From Vulcanimicrobiota bacterium (lineage in GTDB: Bacteria > Vulcanimicrobiota > Vulcanimicrobiia > Eremiobacterales > Eremiobacteraceae), in NCBI GenBank assembly GCA_963812135.1, contig CAWETU010000001.1, positions 1,728,001-1,792,000 of the forward strand: a DNA stretch of 64,000 bases. Direction: 5' to 3'. Shown here one piece after another: positions 18,126 to 28,023 of this stretch. Within the stretch, counting starts at the first letter, position 1, and every line of letters starts with the position of its first letter. The notes beneath the pieces were generated by a model. It worked only from the letters and a program-made list of their open reading frames with translations. It made no database searches and was not told the DNA's origin. The translations under genes and the position numbers were made by a program.

Positions 18126-20361
18126 GCGCGAACGAGCCCGGTTTCGAAGGCCCCGGATACCACACGCCTAGGTCGCGCAACCAGATGTCGCCCGATGGGT
18201 GCTCGGACGGCGGCGCGACGAGGTAGAGCCTCGTGAGCACGATCGGCCAGCGAGCTTGCACCGGCACGTCGGCGCTCACCGTTCGCCAACCCTTCCACGT
18301 GATGCGGCGCGCGAGGGTCATGCTGTCGCTGACCCCATCGCTGTTGCGGTAGGCGGCGCGCAGCCAGGCGCCGCTCGCGTCGCCGTACACGGTCACGCTC
18401 ACCACGAGCGGCTCGCCTTCGAGCGCGATGTCTTGTTCGATGAACGCGGCGCGCGTCGCGCCGACGCTGGCGAAGTCGTAGCTCAGATGCAGCGCCGTCG
18501 TGCCGTCGGGCGCCTTGCTGCTGTCGAGCGCCGCGGCCAAATCGCTCGGAACCTTGGTCAAATGCCAATGGCCTGGGCCGTTTCCCGGCATCATCGCGGA
18601 TTCGAGGCCGACCTCGTGCGCGCCGACCAGCAGGGTCGCGGCTGCGCGCGCGCCGCCCGCCCGCGCGACGACGTCGGCGCGAGACGCCACGCCGGAGCTG
18701 CGGAACGCTCCGTTGTCGTCGATCAAACCGCCATCGCCCGTCGCGGACCAGTGCACCGCCTCCGGATCTACCGCGATCGCGGATCCGTCGGCGCGGGTCG
18801 CGGTGACCTGCAGCTGCACCACCGTTGCAGGCGCGTAGGCGCGCTCGAGCCCGGCGAAGCGCAGCGAGTCGACGCGCGGCACTACCACGATCGTCAGATC
18901 ACCGCTTGCTTGGCCCGCGTGCGCAGTCACCGTCAAGACGCCGGGTGCTCGCGCTGACAGCAGGCCGTCTGCGTCGATAGTCGCTGCACCGGCAGGCGAC
19001 AGCGAATACGTCACGCGCCCGTCCGGCGCGACCGGCTGATCGTTGACGTCGACGCCCTCCGCCGCGATCGCGAGATGGCTGCCGACGAGCACCGCGGGCG
19101 CGCGCGAGCGCAGCACGACCCTGGAAGCAGGCCCTGGCGTCGCAGCATTGATGACGAACAAACCATCGGCGATCGATCGTTCCCGTCCGTCCGAGGGAAC
19201 GTTCGCGATCGTGACGTGCGGATCGCCCAGGTGCCGGACGACCATCTCGGTGGACCCGCCGCTGTCGAAGGCCATCGCATCGGACGCGCCGAGCGCGCTG
19301 AAGAGCGACGCGAGCATCGGGCGCGTGATGCCGATCGAACGCGCGGGCGCGCGGCCGTCCACGGTCACGAGCCACAGCGTCGCGCCGTCCGCGGACGTGC
19401 CCGCGCCGGTCAATGGATAGCGCACGTCGCGTTCCTCCGGCGATGGGGAATCCGGATCTTCGTACGGCGCGCCGTCGCGCAACAACACGGGACCACCGCC
19501 GACGCCCTCGCGCGCGCCGGGCACGTCCGGATCGAGCCGTTGCTCGAGCGTCACGAGGTCGCCCTCGTGGAATGTGTGCAGCAAATCAACGGCGGCGGTG
19601 CCTCGGGCGGCGATGCCAAGATCGGTTGGACGCAACGGCAAGAACGTCAGCTGGTCGGTGACCGCATGTTGCACCTGATAACGGCCGTCCGCCGCCGGAA
19701 TGAGCACGAGTTCTGCCTGCGCGTCTGCTCGGCTTGGCATTCCGAACGACTGGGTGAACAACATCATCTGCGTGCCATGGGACCAATCGTTCACGCTGTC
19801 GATGGCGACGCCATCGCCGCTCGGCGCGACCAGGCGCATCTGCAGCGACACCGGACCCATGACGATGCGATTGCCGTCACCGATGCGCAGCGTCGCGCGC
19901 CCATTGGGCGCGTGCTGGATGATGCCGTGCGCGAGCACGAGGTTCGTCGGCTCGCCGTTGCCGCTGATGTCGAAATAGTCCGCATTGATGCCGATTTCGG
20001 CTGCGCGCCGATCGGCCATCGTCGAAAGCGGCTCGCCGGGGCCGACGATGCGATCGTAACGCGTTCCGACAGCAAGCGCGACGTTCGGGTTGTGCAGGTC
20101 GACGCGCGCGATCGACAACGTCAGCGGCCCGCCGGCCGTCGCAAGGCGCCATCGTTCGAATTCCACACCTGGTCCGATGTGCTCGGTCGCGACTTGTGAG
20201 CTGCTGATGACCGGCCAGCCAGCCGGTTGCACGAAGGCCGCTTGGTGGAAGATCAGCATCCCGTCGTTGTCGACGCGCGACGGCGTCGGCTCGGCGGCGC
20301 GCACGCTCGCGATTAAGAGAATGCACGCACAGGCGGTAAAAGCGAGCTTCGCGGTGAACAC
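18091..20361 (-). CDS. phosphodiester glycosidase (NAGPA) family protein with Ig-like and carbohydrate-binding-like domains
   Basis: GINADYF, GGGPVLL, VDGR, FDSGGST; signal peptide; GTG start inferred. Confidence 0.82.
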   Translation of the reverse strand: MFTAKLAFTACACILLIASVRAAEPTPSRVDNDGMLIFHQAAFVQPAGWPVISSSQVATEHIGPGVEFERWRLATAGGPLTLSIARVDLHNPNVALAVGTRYDRIVGPGEPLSTMADRRAAEIGINADYFDISGNGEPTNLVLAHGIIQHAPNGRATLRIGDGNRIVMGPVSLQMRLVAPSGDGVAIDSVNDWSHGTQMMLFTQSFGMPSRADAQAELVLIPAADGRYQVQHAVTDQLTFLPLRPTDLGIAARGTAAVDLLHTFHEGDLVTLEQRLDPDVPGAREGVGGGPVLLRDGAPYEDPDSPSPEERDVRYPLTGAGTSADGATLWLVTVDGRAPARSIGITRPMLASLFSALGASDAMAFDSGGSTEMVVRHLGDPHVTIANVPSDGRERSIADGLFVINAATPGPASRVVLRSRAPAVLVGSHLAIAAEGVDVNDQPVAPDGRVTYSLSPAGAATIDADGLLSARAPGVLTVTAHAGQASGDLTIVVVPRVDSLRFAGLERAYAPATVVQLQVTATRADGSAIAVDPEAVHWSATGDGGLIDDNGAFRSSGVASRADVVARAGGARAAATLLVGAHEVGLESAMMPGNGPGHWHLTKVPSDLAAALDSSKAPDGTTALHLSYDFASVGATRAAFIEQDIALEGEPLVVSVTVYGDASGAWLRAAYRNSDGVSDSMTLARRITWKGWRTVSADVPVQARWPIVLTRLYLVAPPSEHPSGDIWLRDLGVWYPGPSKPGSFALSGGREASRSR

Positions 20362-20370
20362 GCGCGCACG

Positions 20371-21207
20371 ATGAAACAACACGATCCTCAAGTGCGTCGG
20401 CGTCCGCAGTGGTCCCTGCGAACGCTCTTTTTCTGCGTCGCCGGTCTTGTCGCATTCGCATTGCCCGTCAGCGCGGACGATGCGGTGCCGATCGCGCTGC
20501 ATCTAACGCCCGGCCGCTACGTACGCACGCAAAAACTCGTGCACCTCATCACATTTGACATGACCAAGTCCCTCAAGGCGATGGCCGGGGGCCGGGCAGA
20601 CGATCAGACCATCCTCGAAGACCGCGACCAAGTGATGATCGTCAAGGCCGGCAACGCGATCAACATCTCGGAGACGAACACGCGGCATTACGGCGGCGAT
20701 CATCCGAAAGGGAGCGACAGCAAGGTCCGGACGTCGACGTACGACGGCACGATCGCGCCCAACGGCGTGCTCACGCCGCCGCAAGCGGTGCTCGAAGACG
20801 CTGGCGACGGCGCGCTGGACCAACTGCCGGATATCCCGCTTGCCCCCGGCCAGTCATGGACCTTTTCACGACACGTGAAGGCCGAACGCGAATTGGGTGA
20901 CGGTCCGATGACCTATCTCGACAAAGTCCAAAAAATCGAGGATCGGAACGGCCATCGCATCGCGATCATCAGCGTGACCGGCAACGGAACCATGACACCA
21001 GCCAAAGATCTGCAAGAGCACGGCTTCAAGAACGCGCCGATGGATCTCTCGGGGACCGCCGAGTTCGATACGACCACCGGGCTGCCTGGCGTGCAGCACT
21101 ACACCGCCAAGGTGCGTTGGGGCACGGTCGTGATGTTCGCGCACATCGGCGTCGTCCTCACTGATACCTACGATGCGACCCCGGTCGAGCCCAAACCGCA
21201 GAGTTGA
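20371..21207 (+). CDS. hypothetical secreted protein (paralog of 15485-16297)
   Basis: Signal peptide; LEDA..LPDIPLAPGQSWT and GTAEFDTTTG. Confidence 0.7.
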   Translation: MKQHDPQVRRRPQWSLRTLFFCVAGLVAFALPVSADDAVPIALHLTPGRYVRTQKLVHLITFDMTKSLKAMAGGRADDQTILEDRDQVMIVKAGNAINISETNTRHYGGDHPKGSDSKVRTSTYDGTIAPNGVLTPPQAVLEDAGDGALDQLPDIPLAPGQSWTFSRHVKAERELGDGPMTYLDKVQKIEDRNGHRIAIISVTGNGTMTPAKDLQEHGFKNAPMDLSGTAEFDTTTGLPGVQHYTAKVRWGTVVMFAHIGVVLTDTYDATPVEPKPQS

Positions 21208-22016
21208 GCCCGCCCCGTAAGCGCGCAGCACCAACGCCGTTGGAGGCCGCGGTGCTCGAGGGACTTGACGCCGCCGGATTACGCGAGCGCGCCGCGGCAG
21301 TCGTCATCGATCTGCGGACCGGCGCGACCGGCGCGTGGCGGGCCGACGAGGACATCTATCCCGCGAGCATCATCAAGCTGGCACTGATGGTCGAAGCGTC
21401 ACGGCGCTTCGACGACGGTTCGGTTGCACCCGATGCGCGCATCGCCGTCACGCGGAACAATCTCACGCCGACATCTGAAGCGACGCCGTTGATCGAAGGC
21501 TATAGCGCGCGGGTCGCCGAGCTCGTGGAGTTGATGATCGAACGCTCGGACAACATCGCGACGAATCAGCTCATCGATCTGCTGGAACGCACGCGCGTCG
21601 ACGATGCGATGCGCGCCTTGGGGCTTGCCCATTTCCATCTGGGGCGCAAACTTTCAGGTGCCGAGCCGCTGGTCGACGATCCCGAATCGGGCGAGCGCAA
21701 TTCGATGCCGCCGGCAGACGCGGCGAGACTGCTCGGCCTCATCGCGAACGGCGCCGTGCCACGCGCGGCGCAACAACGTGAATTGCTCGCGCGCTGCGTC
21801 GATCGCACCAAGCTCGCAGACGGTTTGCAGCCTGGCGATCGCTTCATGCACAAGACCGGCGAAACGAGTGCGGTAGCTCACGATGCGGGGATCCTGCGAA
21901 CCGCTCGCGGCCAAGAGTATGTAGTCGTTCTCTACACGACGGGGCACCGGTCCGTGCTGGGCGGTCCTCATGCCGCAATGGCGGCGTGGATGCGTTCCGT
22001 GCGAGCCCACCTCTGA
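21204..22016 (+). CDS. class A beta-lactamase-like serine hydrolase
   Basis: SIIK (SxxK), SDN, HKTG motifs; no obvious signal peptide. Confidence 0.85.
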   Translation: MSPPRKRAAPTPLEAAVLEGLDAAGLRERAAAVVIDLRTGATGAWRADEDIYPASIIKLALMVEASRRFDDGSVAPDARIAVTRNNLTPTSEATPLIEGYSARVAELVELMIERSDNIATNQLIDLLERTRVDDAMRALGLAHFHLGRKLSGAEPLVDDPESGERNSMPPADAARLLGLIANGAVPRAAQQRELLARCVDRTKLADGLQPGDRFMHKTGETSAVAHDAGILRTARGQEYVVVLYTTGHRSVLGGPHAAMAAWMRSVRAHL

Positions 22017-22081
22017 CGGCCCATCCGCCGAACGTCGCACGCATGCCAGGGTCGGAATAGGCGGAGGCGAACACAGGATTT

Positions 22082-25000
22082 GTGCCTGATACGCGCGTCG
22101 TCGTCACACTGCCGGAAATGGGTGAGTCGGTAACCGAAGGCACCGTCACAGCCTGGCGTAAGCGCGTCGGCGATACGGTCGAAAACGGCGAGGCGCTCGT
22201 CGACGTCACCACCGATAAGGTCGACGTCGAGGTCCCCGCGCCGGCTGCCGGTAAAGTCGTCAAGATCCTCGCGGACGAAGGCGCGACCATCAAGGTCGGC
22301 GGCCCGCTCGCCGAGATCGAGACCTCGGGCGACGGGGTCAAGAGCACCTCCGCCCCCACAAAACGTGCCGAGCCGGTCGAGCAAAATCGGCCGCAACAAC
22401 CACCTGCAGCGTCGGTCGAACAAGTTCGACCGCTACAGACTTCCGTCGACGCATCGCCATTGGCGTTGCGCGCGGCGGCGCTGCGCAACGTCGAGCTCAA
22501 CGGCATCAAGGGCAGCGGTCCAGGCGGAATCGTGCGCCGCTCGGATGTGCTCGGCGATGGCGCCGTGCGAACGATCGAGCAAGCTCGACCGCTACCAACG
22601 CCTGCCGTGACGGTCGACCAAGCTCCACCGCTACAACCGCCTGCGTCGCCGGTCGAGCAAGCTCGACCGCTACAGCCCAGCGCACCCTTACCGCCTGGCG
22701 CGACGCCGCTCAAAGGCCCGGCTGCTGCGCTCGTCAACTATATGGAAGAGAGCCTGTCGATCCCGACCGCGACCAGCTTCCGCACGATCGCCGTCGACAC
22801 GCTCGAGGTGCGGCGCCGCGACCTTAATAACGCTTTGCGCACCGCCGGCCGCGCAGAAAAGGTCTCGTTCACCCACCTCATCGGTTTTGCGCTGGCGCTC
22901 GCGACGCATCAAGTGCCGGTGATGACTGCAGCGTTCCGGCGCGAGGGCGACCAGGCTGTCCGCGTTGATCAGCCGTGCAATCTCGGCCTGGCCGTCGACA
23001 TGCAGCGCAAGGACGGCAGTCGTTTTCTTATCGTGCCCGTCATCCGCGACGCAGACAAGCTCGATTTCGCGACCTTCCATCGGACGTACGAAGCGCTCGT
23101 CGCCAAGGCGCGCGCCGGCGCACTGACGCCTGGCGATCTCACGGGCGCGAGCATGACCCTCACCAATCCGGGCGGCATCGGCACCGTCGCGTCGGTGCCG
23201 CGCCTGATGCCCGGGCAAGGCTCGATCATCGCGACCGGCGCCATCGGCTATCCGCCGGGGCTCGCATCGGTGCCGGAATCATCCCTGCGCGCGATGGGCG
23301 TCGCCAAAGTCATGACGCTGACGAGCACCTACGATCACCGCATCATCCAAGGCGCGCAATCGGGCGAATTCTTGCGGCGCGTCGAAGAGCTGCTCAACGG
23401 CGCCGACGGTTTTTACGACGCGCTGTTCGCGAGCCTGGGTCTTCCCAAACCCGCCGAGGTGTCGCGCATCGAGACGCGCGCGCCCGGCACGCAAGCGCCG
23501 GCTCCCGCGAGCCCGGAGCTCTTGCGCGCCGCGACCGCCGGCGCGTCGCTTGTCGCGCGCTATCGCAATTACGGGCACACCGCGGCGACGCTCGATCCGC
23601 TCGGCGAGCCGCCGGCGGGCGATCCTGCGCTGGATCCCGCGAGTTTAGGGCTGACGCTGCCGTTGATGGAGTCGGTGCCCTCGTCGCTGCTTCGCATTCA
23701 TCTGCCGGGGAGCACTCTCGCCGAAGTGCTGCCGCGTCTGCGCGACACGTATTGCGGCACGATCGCGTATCAGATGGAACACATCTCGAGCCACGCGGAG
23801 CGCGGCTGGCTGCGCGAACAGATCGAATCGGGCGTGCATCGGCGTCCGCTGTCACGCGAGGAGGCCTTGCGGCTGCTCGATGCGCTCACCAGCGTCGAAG
23901 TGTTCGAACGCTATTTGCGCAGGTCGTTTATCGGCCAGAAGACGTTTTCGATCGAAGGGCTCGACGCCATGATCCCGATGCTCGAGGTCATGCTCGATCA
24001 GCTCGCGGCAGACGGCGTCAGCGAAGTCGATATCGGCATGGCGCACCGCGGCCGGCTGGCCGTCATCACGCACGTCGTCGGCAAACCGTTTGAGGAGGCG
24101 CTGCGCGAATTCGAAGTGGCCGAAAAGCGCGGCGACACCGATCTGCCGGGCGACGTCACCGGCGACGTCAAATATCACCAGGGCGCCGCGGGCGTGCGCC
24201 AGTCGCCGGCTGGCAAGAACATCCGCGTGGTCCTCGCATCCAATCCGAGTCATCTCGAAGCGGTCGACGCGGTCGTCGAAGGCAACACGCGCGCGGCCCA
24301 GACCGATCGCTCGCGCAACATCGCGGCGCAGGACGTGCAAAAGGCCGCCGCGTTGCTGATCCACGGCGACGCGGCGTTTCCCGCGCAAGGCGTGGTCGCC
24401 GAAGTCCTCAACATGCAGCTGCTGCCAGGCTACACGACGGGCGGCACGATCCACGTCATCGCCAACAATCAGATCGGCTTCACTACGACGCCGGGCGAAG
24501 GACGCTCCACGCGCTACGCGAGCGATCTTGCCAAGGGCTTCGATATCCCCATCATCCACGTGAACGCGGACGACGTCGAAGCGTGCATCGCCGCGGTGAG
24601 CCTGTCAGTCGCGTTCCGCAAGCAGTTCAAGCGCGACATCCTCATCGACCTCGTGGGTTACCGGCGCTTCGGCCACAACGAGACCGACGAGCCGGCGTAC
24701 ACGCAGCCGATCATGTACGAGCGCATCAAGAACCATCCGACGGTGCGCGAGATCTATGCGCGACGGCTCGTCGAGCGCGGCCTCATCTCCGAGGACGACG
24801 TGAAGACATTGCTCGACAACGCGCAGCGCCGCATCGCGGGCGCGCACGCGGCGGTCAAGGGCGGCAGCGGCGAACCCAAAGCGCCGGCACCGGAGACCGG
24901 CAAGAACGGCGCGACCGACAATGCGATGGTCGACACGCGCGTGCCGGCCGACCAACTGCGCAAGCTGAACGAAGAGCTCGTCGCCGTGCCTGCCGGATTC

Positions 25001-26122
25001 GTCGTACATCCGAAGCTGACCCGACAGCTCGAGCGGCGGCGCGGCGCGCTTGGCGCCGGCGGCACGATCGACTGGGCGCTGGGCGAGGCCTTCGCGTTCG
25101 GCACGTTGCTCATTGCGGCGACCCCGGTCCGTCTCACCGGCCAAGACACAGAGCGCGGCACCTTCAGCCACCGGCACCTTGTCCTGCACGATCCGAAAAC
25201 CGGAGACAGCTACGCCCCGCTGCAACACCTGTCCGGCGCACGTGCATCGTTTGAGATCTATAACAGCCCATTGTCCGAATACGCCTGTGTCGGCTTCGAG
25301 TACGGCTACAGCGCCCACGCGCCCGAGGCGCTCGTCCTGTGGGAAGCGCAATTCGGCGACTTCTTCAACGGCGCGCAGATCATCATGGACCAGTTCATCT
25401 CGGCTGGCCAAGCCAAATGGGGCGAATCGCCGCGCCTCACGTTGCTGCTGCCGCACGGCTACGAAGGCGCGGGTCCAGAACATTCGAGCGCGCGGCTGGA
25501 GCGCTTCTTGCAGCTTGCCGGCGATAACAACCTGCGCATCGCAAATCTGACGACGCCGGCGCAGTACTTCCATCTTCTGCGCGATCAGGCGATGCGCCCC
25601 AAACCGCGCCCGCTCGTCATCATGACGCCGAAGAGCTTGCTGCGCCTTGCCGCCGCCAGCTCGACGGCCGCCGATCTGACCGAGCGCGGTTTTATGCCGG
25701 TCATCGACGACGCGACCGCGCGCGACCGCAAGAAGATCGAGCGCCTCATCCTCTGCAGCGGCAAGATCTACTACGACCTGACGATGGACCCGCTGCGCCA
25801 GGCGGCCACGGATCTGGCGATCGTGCGCGTCGAACTGCTCGAGCCCTTCCCGCTCGACGAAGTGCTGCAGCTCGTCAAATCGTATCCCTCGCTCAAGACC
25901 GTCGCCTGGGTCCAAGAGGAGCCGAAGAACATGGGCGCGCGCGCCTTCGTTTCGCGGCGTCTGCGCGAGCGGCTCACGCCGATGAACATCGCGTTCGGCT
26001 ACGTCGGCCGGCCCGACCGCGCCAGTCCGAGCGAAGGCTATCCCGGCCCGCATGCGGTCGAGCAGGAACGCATCGTGCGTGCTGCGCTTTCCCAGCCGAT
26101 CTATAAGGAGACGCCGCAGTGA
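22082..26122 (+). CDS. kgd: multifunctional 2-oxoglutarate dehydrogenase: lipoyl domain, E3-binding domain, succinyltransferase (E2) and E1 in one chain
   Basis: Lipoyl TTDKVDVEV, PSBD ASPLA..GSGPGGIVRRSDV, E2 YDHRIIQG, E1 GMAHRGRL, HGDAAF, WEAQFGDF. Confidence 0.93.
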   Translation: MPDTRVVVTLPEMGESVTEGTVTAWRKRVGDTVENGEALVDVTTDKVDVEVPAPAAGKVVKILADEGATIKVGGPLAEIETSGDGVKSTSAPTKRAEPVEQNRPQQPPAASVEQVRPLQTSVDASPLALRAAALRNVELNGIKGSGPGGIVRRSDVLGDGAVRTIEQARPLPTPAVTVDQAPPLQPPASPVEQARPLQPSAPLPPGATPLKGPAAALVNYMEESLSIPTATSFRTIAVDTLEVRRRDLNNALRTAGRAEKVSFTHLIGFALALATHQVPVMTAAFRREGDQAVRVDQPCNLGLAVDMQRKDGSRFLIVPVIRDADKLDFATFHRTYEALVAKARAGALTPGDLTGASMTLTNPGGIGTVASVPRLMPGQGSIIATGAIGYPPGLASVPESSLRAMGVAKVMTLTSTYDHRIIQGAQSGEFLRRVEELLNGADGFYDALFASLGLPKPAEVSRIETRAPGTQAPAPASPELLRAATAGASLVARYRNYGHTAATLDPLGEPPAGDPALDPASLGLTLPLMESVPSSLLRIHLPGSTLAEVLPRLRDTYCGTIAYQMEHISSHAERGWLREQIESGVHRRPLSREEALRLLDALTSVEVFERYLRRSFIGQKTFSIEGLDAMIPMLEVMLDQLAADGVSEVDIGMAHRGRLAVITHVVGKPFEEALREFEVAEKRGDTDLPGDVTGDVKYHQGAAGVRQSPAGKNIRVVLASNPSHLEAVDAVVEGNTRAAQTDRSRNIAAQDVQKAAALLIHGDAAFPAQGVVAEVLNMQLLPGYTTGGTIHVIANNQIGFTTTPGEGRSTRYASDLAKGFDIPIIHVNADDVEACIAAVSLSVAFRKQFKRDILIDLVGYRRFGHNETDEPAYTQPIMYERIKNHPTVREIYARRLVERGLISEDDVKTLLDNAQRRIAGAHAAVKGGSGEPKAPAPETGKNGATDNAMVDTRVPADQLRKLNEELVAVPAGFVVHPKLTRQLERRRGALGAGGTIDWALGEAFAFGTLLIAATPVRLTGQDTERGTFSHRHLVLHDPKTGDSYAPLQHLSGARASFEIYNSPLSEYACVGFEYGYSAHAPEALVLWEAQFGDFFNGAQIIMDQFISAGQAKWGESPRLTLLLPHGYEGAGPEHSSARLERFLQLAGDNNLRIANLTTPAQYFHLLRDQAMRPKPRPLVIMTPKSLLRLAAASSTAADLTERGFMPVIDDATARDRKKIERLILCSGKIYYDLTMDPLRQAATDLAIVRVELLEPFPLDEVLQLVKSYPSLKTVAWVQEEPKNMGARAFVSRRLRERLTPMNIAFGYVGRPDRASPSEGYPGPHAVEQERIVRAALSQPIYKETPQ
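22374..22674 (-). repeat. five 25-bp REP-like elements in frame in kgd linkers
   Basis: Consensus CGGTCGAGC-AA-GCTCGACCG-CTACA at 22374, 22413, 22572, 22611, 22650 (39-bp period in each cluster). Confidence 0.85.
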
Positions 26123-27489
26123 GCGCGCGCGTCGTCGTGCTGGGCGGCGGACCTGCCGGCGATGTCGCCGCGCTGCGCGCCGCGCAGCTCGGCGCGCAAG
26201 TGACGCTCGTCGAACGCGCCCAACTAGGCGGCACGTGCCTGAATTGGGGCTGCATCCCGACCAAGGCGCTGCTCGCCAGCGCCGACCTGCTGCGCAAAGT
26301 ACGCCGTGCCGCCGACTTCGGCATCGAAGTGTCCGAGCCGAAGATCAATTTCGCGAAGATGATGTCGCGTAAAGAGGACATCGTCGTCAAGCAGCGTTCG
26401 GGAGTCGAGGCCGCGTGCAAGCGCAAGAAGGTCGAGGTCGTGCACGGCCAAGGCGCGCTGGCATCGGAAGCCGTCGTCGTCAATGGAACGCGCTATCCGT
26501 ACGATTTCTTGATCGTCGGCGTCGGCACGGAGCCCGCCGGGCTGCCGGTGCTCGAGATGGACCAGCCCGCCGTCATCACGTCCAACGGCGTGTTGCGGCT
26601 CGAGACGGTGCCCAAACGCATGCTGATCATCGGCGGCGGCGTCGTCGGTTGCGAGTTCGCCAGCCTGTTCGCGGCGCTCGGCACCGAGATCACGATCGTC
26701 GAGATCTTGCCGCGCATCCTGACCGGCATCGACGCGCGCACCGCCGGGCAGTTCCAGAAGATGATCGAGAAGGACGGCGTGCGCGTGCTCACCGGCCAAC
26801 GCGTCAAGGAGATCTTGCAGTACCGACGCGACGGCCTAGTCGCGCAGATCGATGACGGCTCGAAGTTCGACGTCGACAAGCTGCTCGTCTCGGTCGGACG
26901 CGTGCCGCAGACGCGCGACATCGGATTGGAAGGCGCGGGCGTGAAGATCGACGCGCGTGGCCACATCGAGACCGACGAGTACCTGCGCACCGCCAACCCG
27001 AAGATCTACGCGATCGGCGATTGCCGTGGCGGACTGCAGTTGGCGCACAAAGCGTCGGCGGAAGGCGCGCGGGCCGTCGAAAATGCGCTCGACCACCATC
27101 CGATGCCGATGGATTGGAGCGTGATTCCAAGCTGCATCTACACGCACCCGGAGATCGCGTCGGTCGGTCTGAACGCCGACGTGGCAAAGGAAGCCGGCCG
27201 TGAGGTCAAGCTCGGAACGGCGCGCGTCATCGGCAACGGCAAGGCCCTGGGTGAGGGCGAGCCCGACGGCTACGTCCAGATCATCACCGACGCGAAGACC
27301 GATCGCATCCTGGGCGCCACGCTGATCGGCATCCATGCGGTCGAGCTGATCCACGAGATCGCGGTCGCGATGTCGGACGCGTTGACCATGGACGAGCTCG
27401 GCGCGGTCATCCACGCACACCCGACGGTCAGCGAATTGGTCATGGACGCCGCGCAACAAGGCGAGGGCGTCGCCCCATACCTCTCGTAG
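26119..27489 (+). CDS. lpdA: dihydrolipoyl dehydrogenase (E3)
   Basis: GGGPAG, GGTCLNWGCIPTK, HAHPTVSE; overlaps kgd stop. Confidence 0.95.
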   Translation: MSARVVVLGGGPAGDVAALRAAQLGAQVTLVERAQLGGTCLNWGCIPTKALLASADLLRKVRRAADFGIEVSEPKINFAKMMSRKEDIVVKQRSGVEAACKRKKVEVVHGQGALASEAVVVNGTRYPYDFLIVGVGTEPAGLPVLEMDQPAVITSNGVLRLETVPKRMLIIGGGVVGCEFASLFAALGTEITIVEILPRILTGIDARTAGQFQKMIEKDGVRVLTGQRVKEILQYRRDGLVAQIDDGSKFDVDKLLVSVGRVPQTRDIGLEGAGVKIDARGHIETDEYLRTANPKIYAIGDCRGGLQLAHKASAEGARAVENALDHHPMPMDWSVIPSCIYTHPEIASVGLNADVAKEAGREVKLGTARVIGNGKALGEGEPDGYVQIITDAKTDRILGATLIGIHAVELIHEIAVAMSDALTMDELGAVIHAHPTVSELVMDAAQQGEGVAPYLS

Positions 27490-27512
27490 CATAGCCGCAA
27501 AGGAGTCAGCAA

Positions 27513-28016
27513 ATGCGTTTTGGAGCCGCTCTCATGCTCGTCGCGATGGTCGCCCTCTTGCCGGCGTGCGCGAAGAAATCCACGACCGAGAACGCCCCGG
27601 CCAACCCGGGCGCCACCACCACCGCCGCCACTCCCGGATCATCCGTGCAGCAGGCGACGGTCCAGACAAGCCAGGGCAAAGTCACGATGGGCCAAGGCGC
27701 GGTCGATCCGAACAGCCTCGGGTTGCCTGTCTACCCCGGCGCGACGCCGATCGACGCCGGCTCGTACTCGATGCAGACGGCGCAGGGCAGCGCGCAGATT
27801 GTCACCGTCGAGACGCACGACCCGTACGACAAAGTGATCGCGTTCTATAAAGACAAAATGCCCCCAGGCACGCAGAGCTTCTTGAGCGGGAGCGGTTCTA
27901 CCGCGAGCGCACAGTTCGTCGTCGGCAAGGACACCGACAAATCGAAGAAGCAGATCGTCATCGCGCAATCCAACGGAGCGGTGAGGATCACCATGCTCGT
28001 GGGCACCAACCAGTAA
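27513..28016 (+). CDS. hypothetical lipoprotein
   Basis: Lipobox LPAC, LGLPVYPGA motif, RBS AAGGAG. Confidence 0.8.
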   Translation: MRFGAALMLVAMVALLPACAKKSTTENAPANPGATTTAATPGSSVQQATVQTSQGKVTMGQGAVDPNSLGLPVYPGATPIDAGSYSMQTAQGSAQIVTVETHDPYDKVIAFYKDKMPPGTQSFLSGSGSTASAQFVVGKDTDKSKKQIVIAQSNGAVRITMLVGTNQ

Positions 28017-28023
28017 GCGCACC

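Noticed and set aside
22374..22674. Palindromic repeats with spacers resembling a CRISPR array
   Set aside because: Spacers are only 14 bp, copies are degenerate and in frame within kgd, and there are no cas genes.
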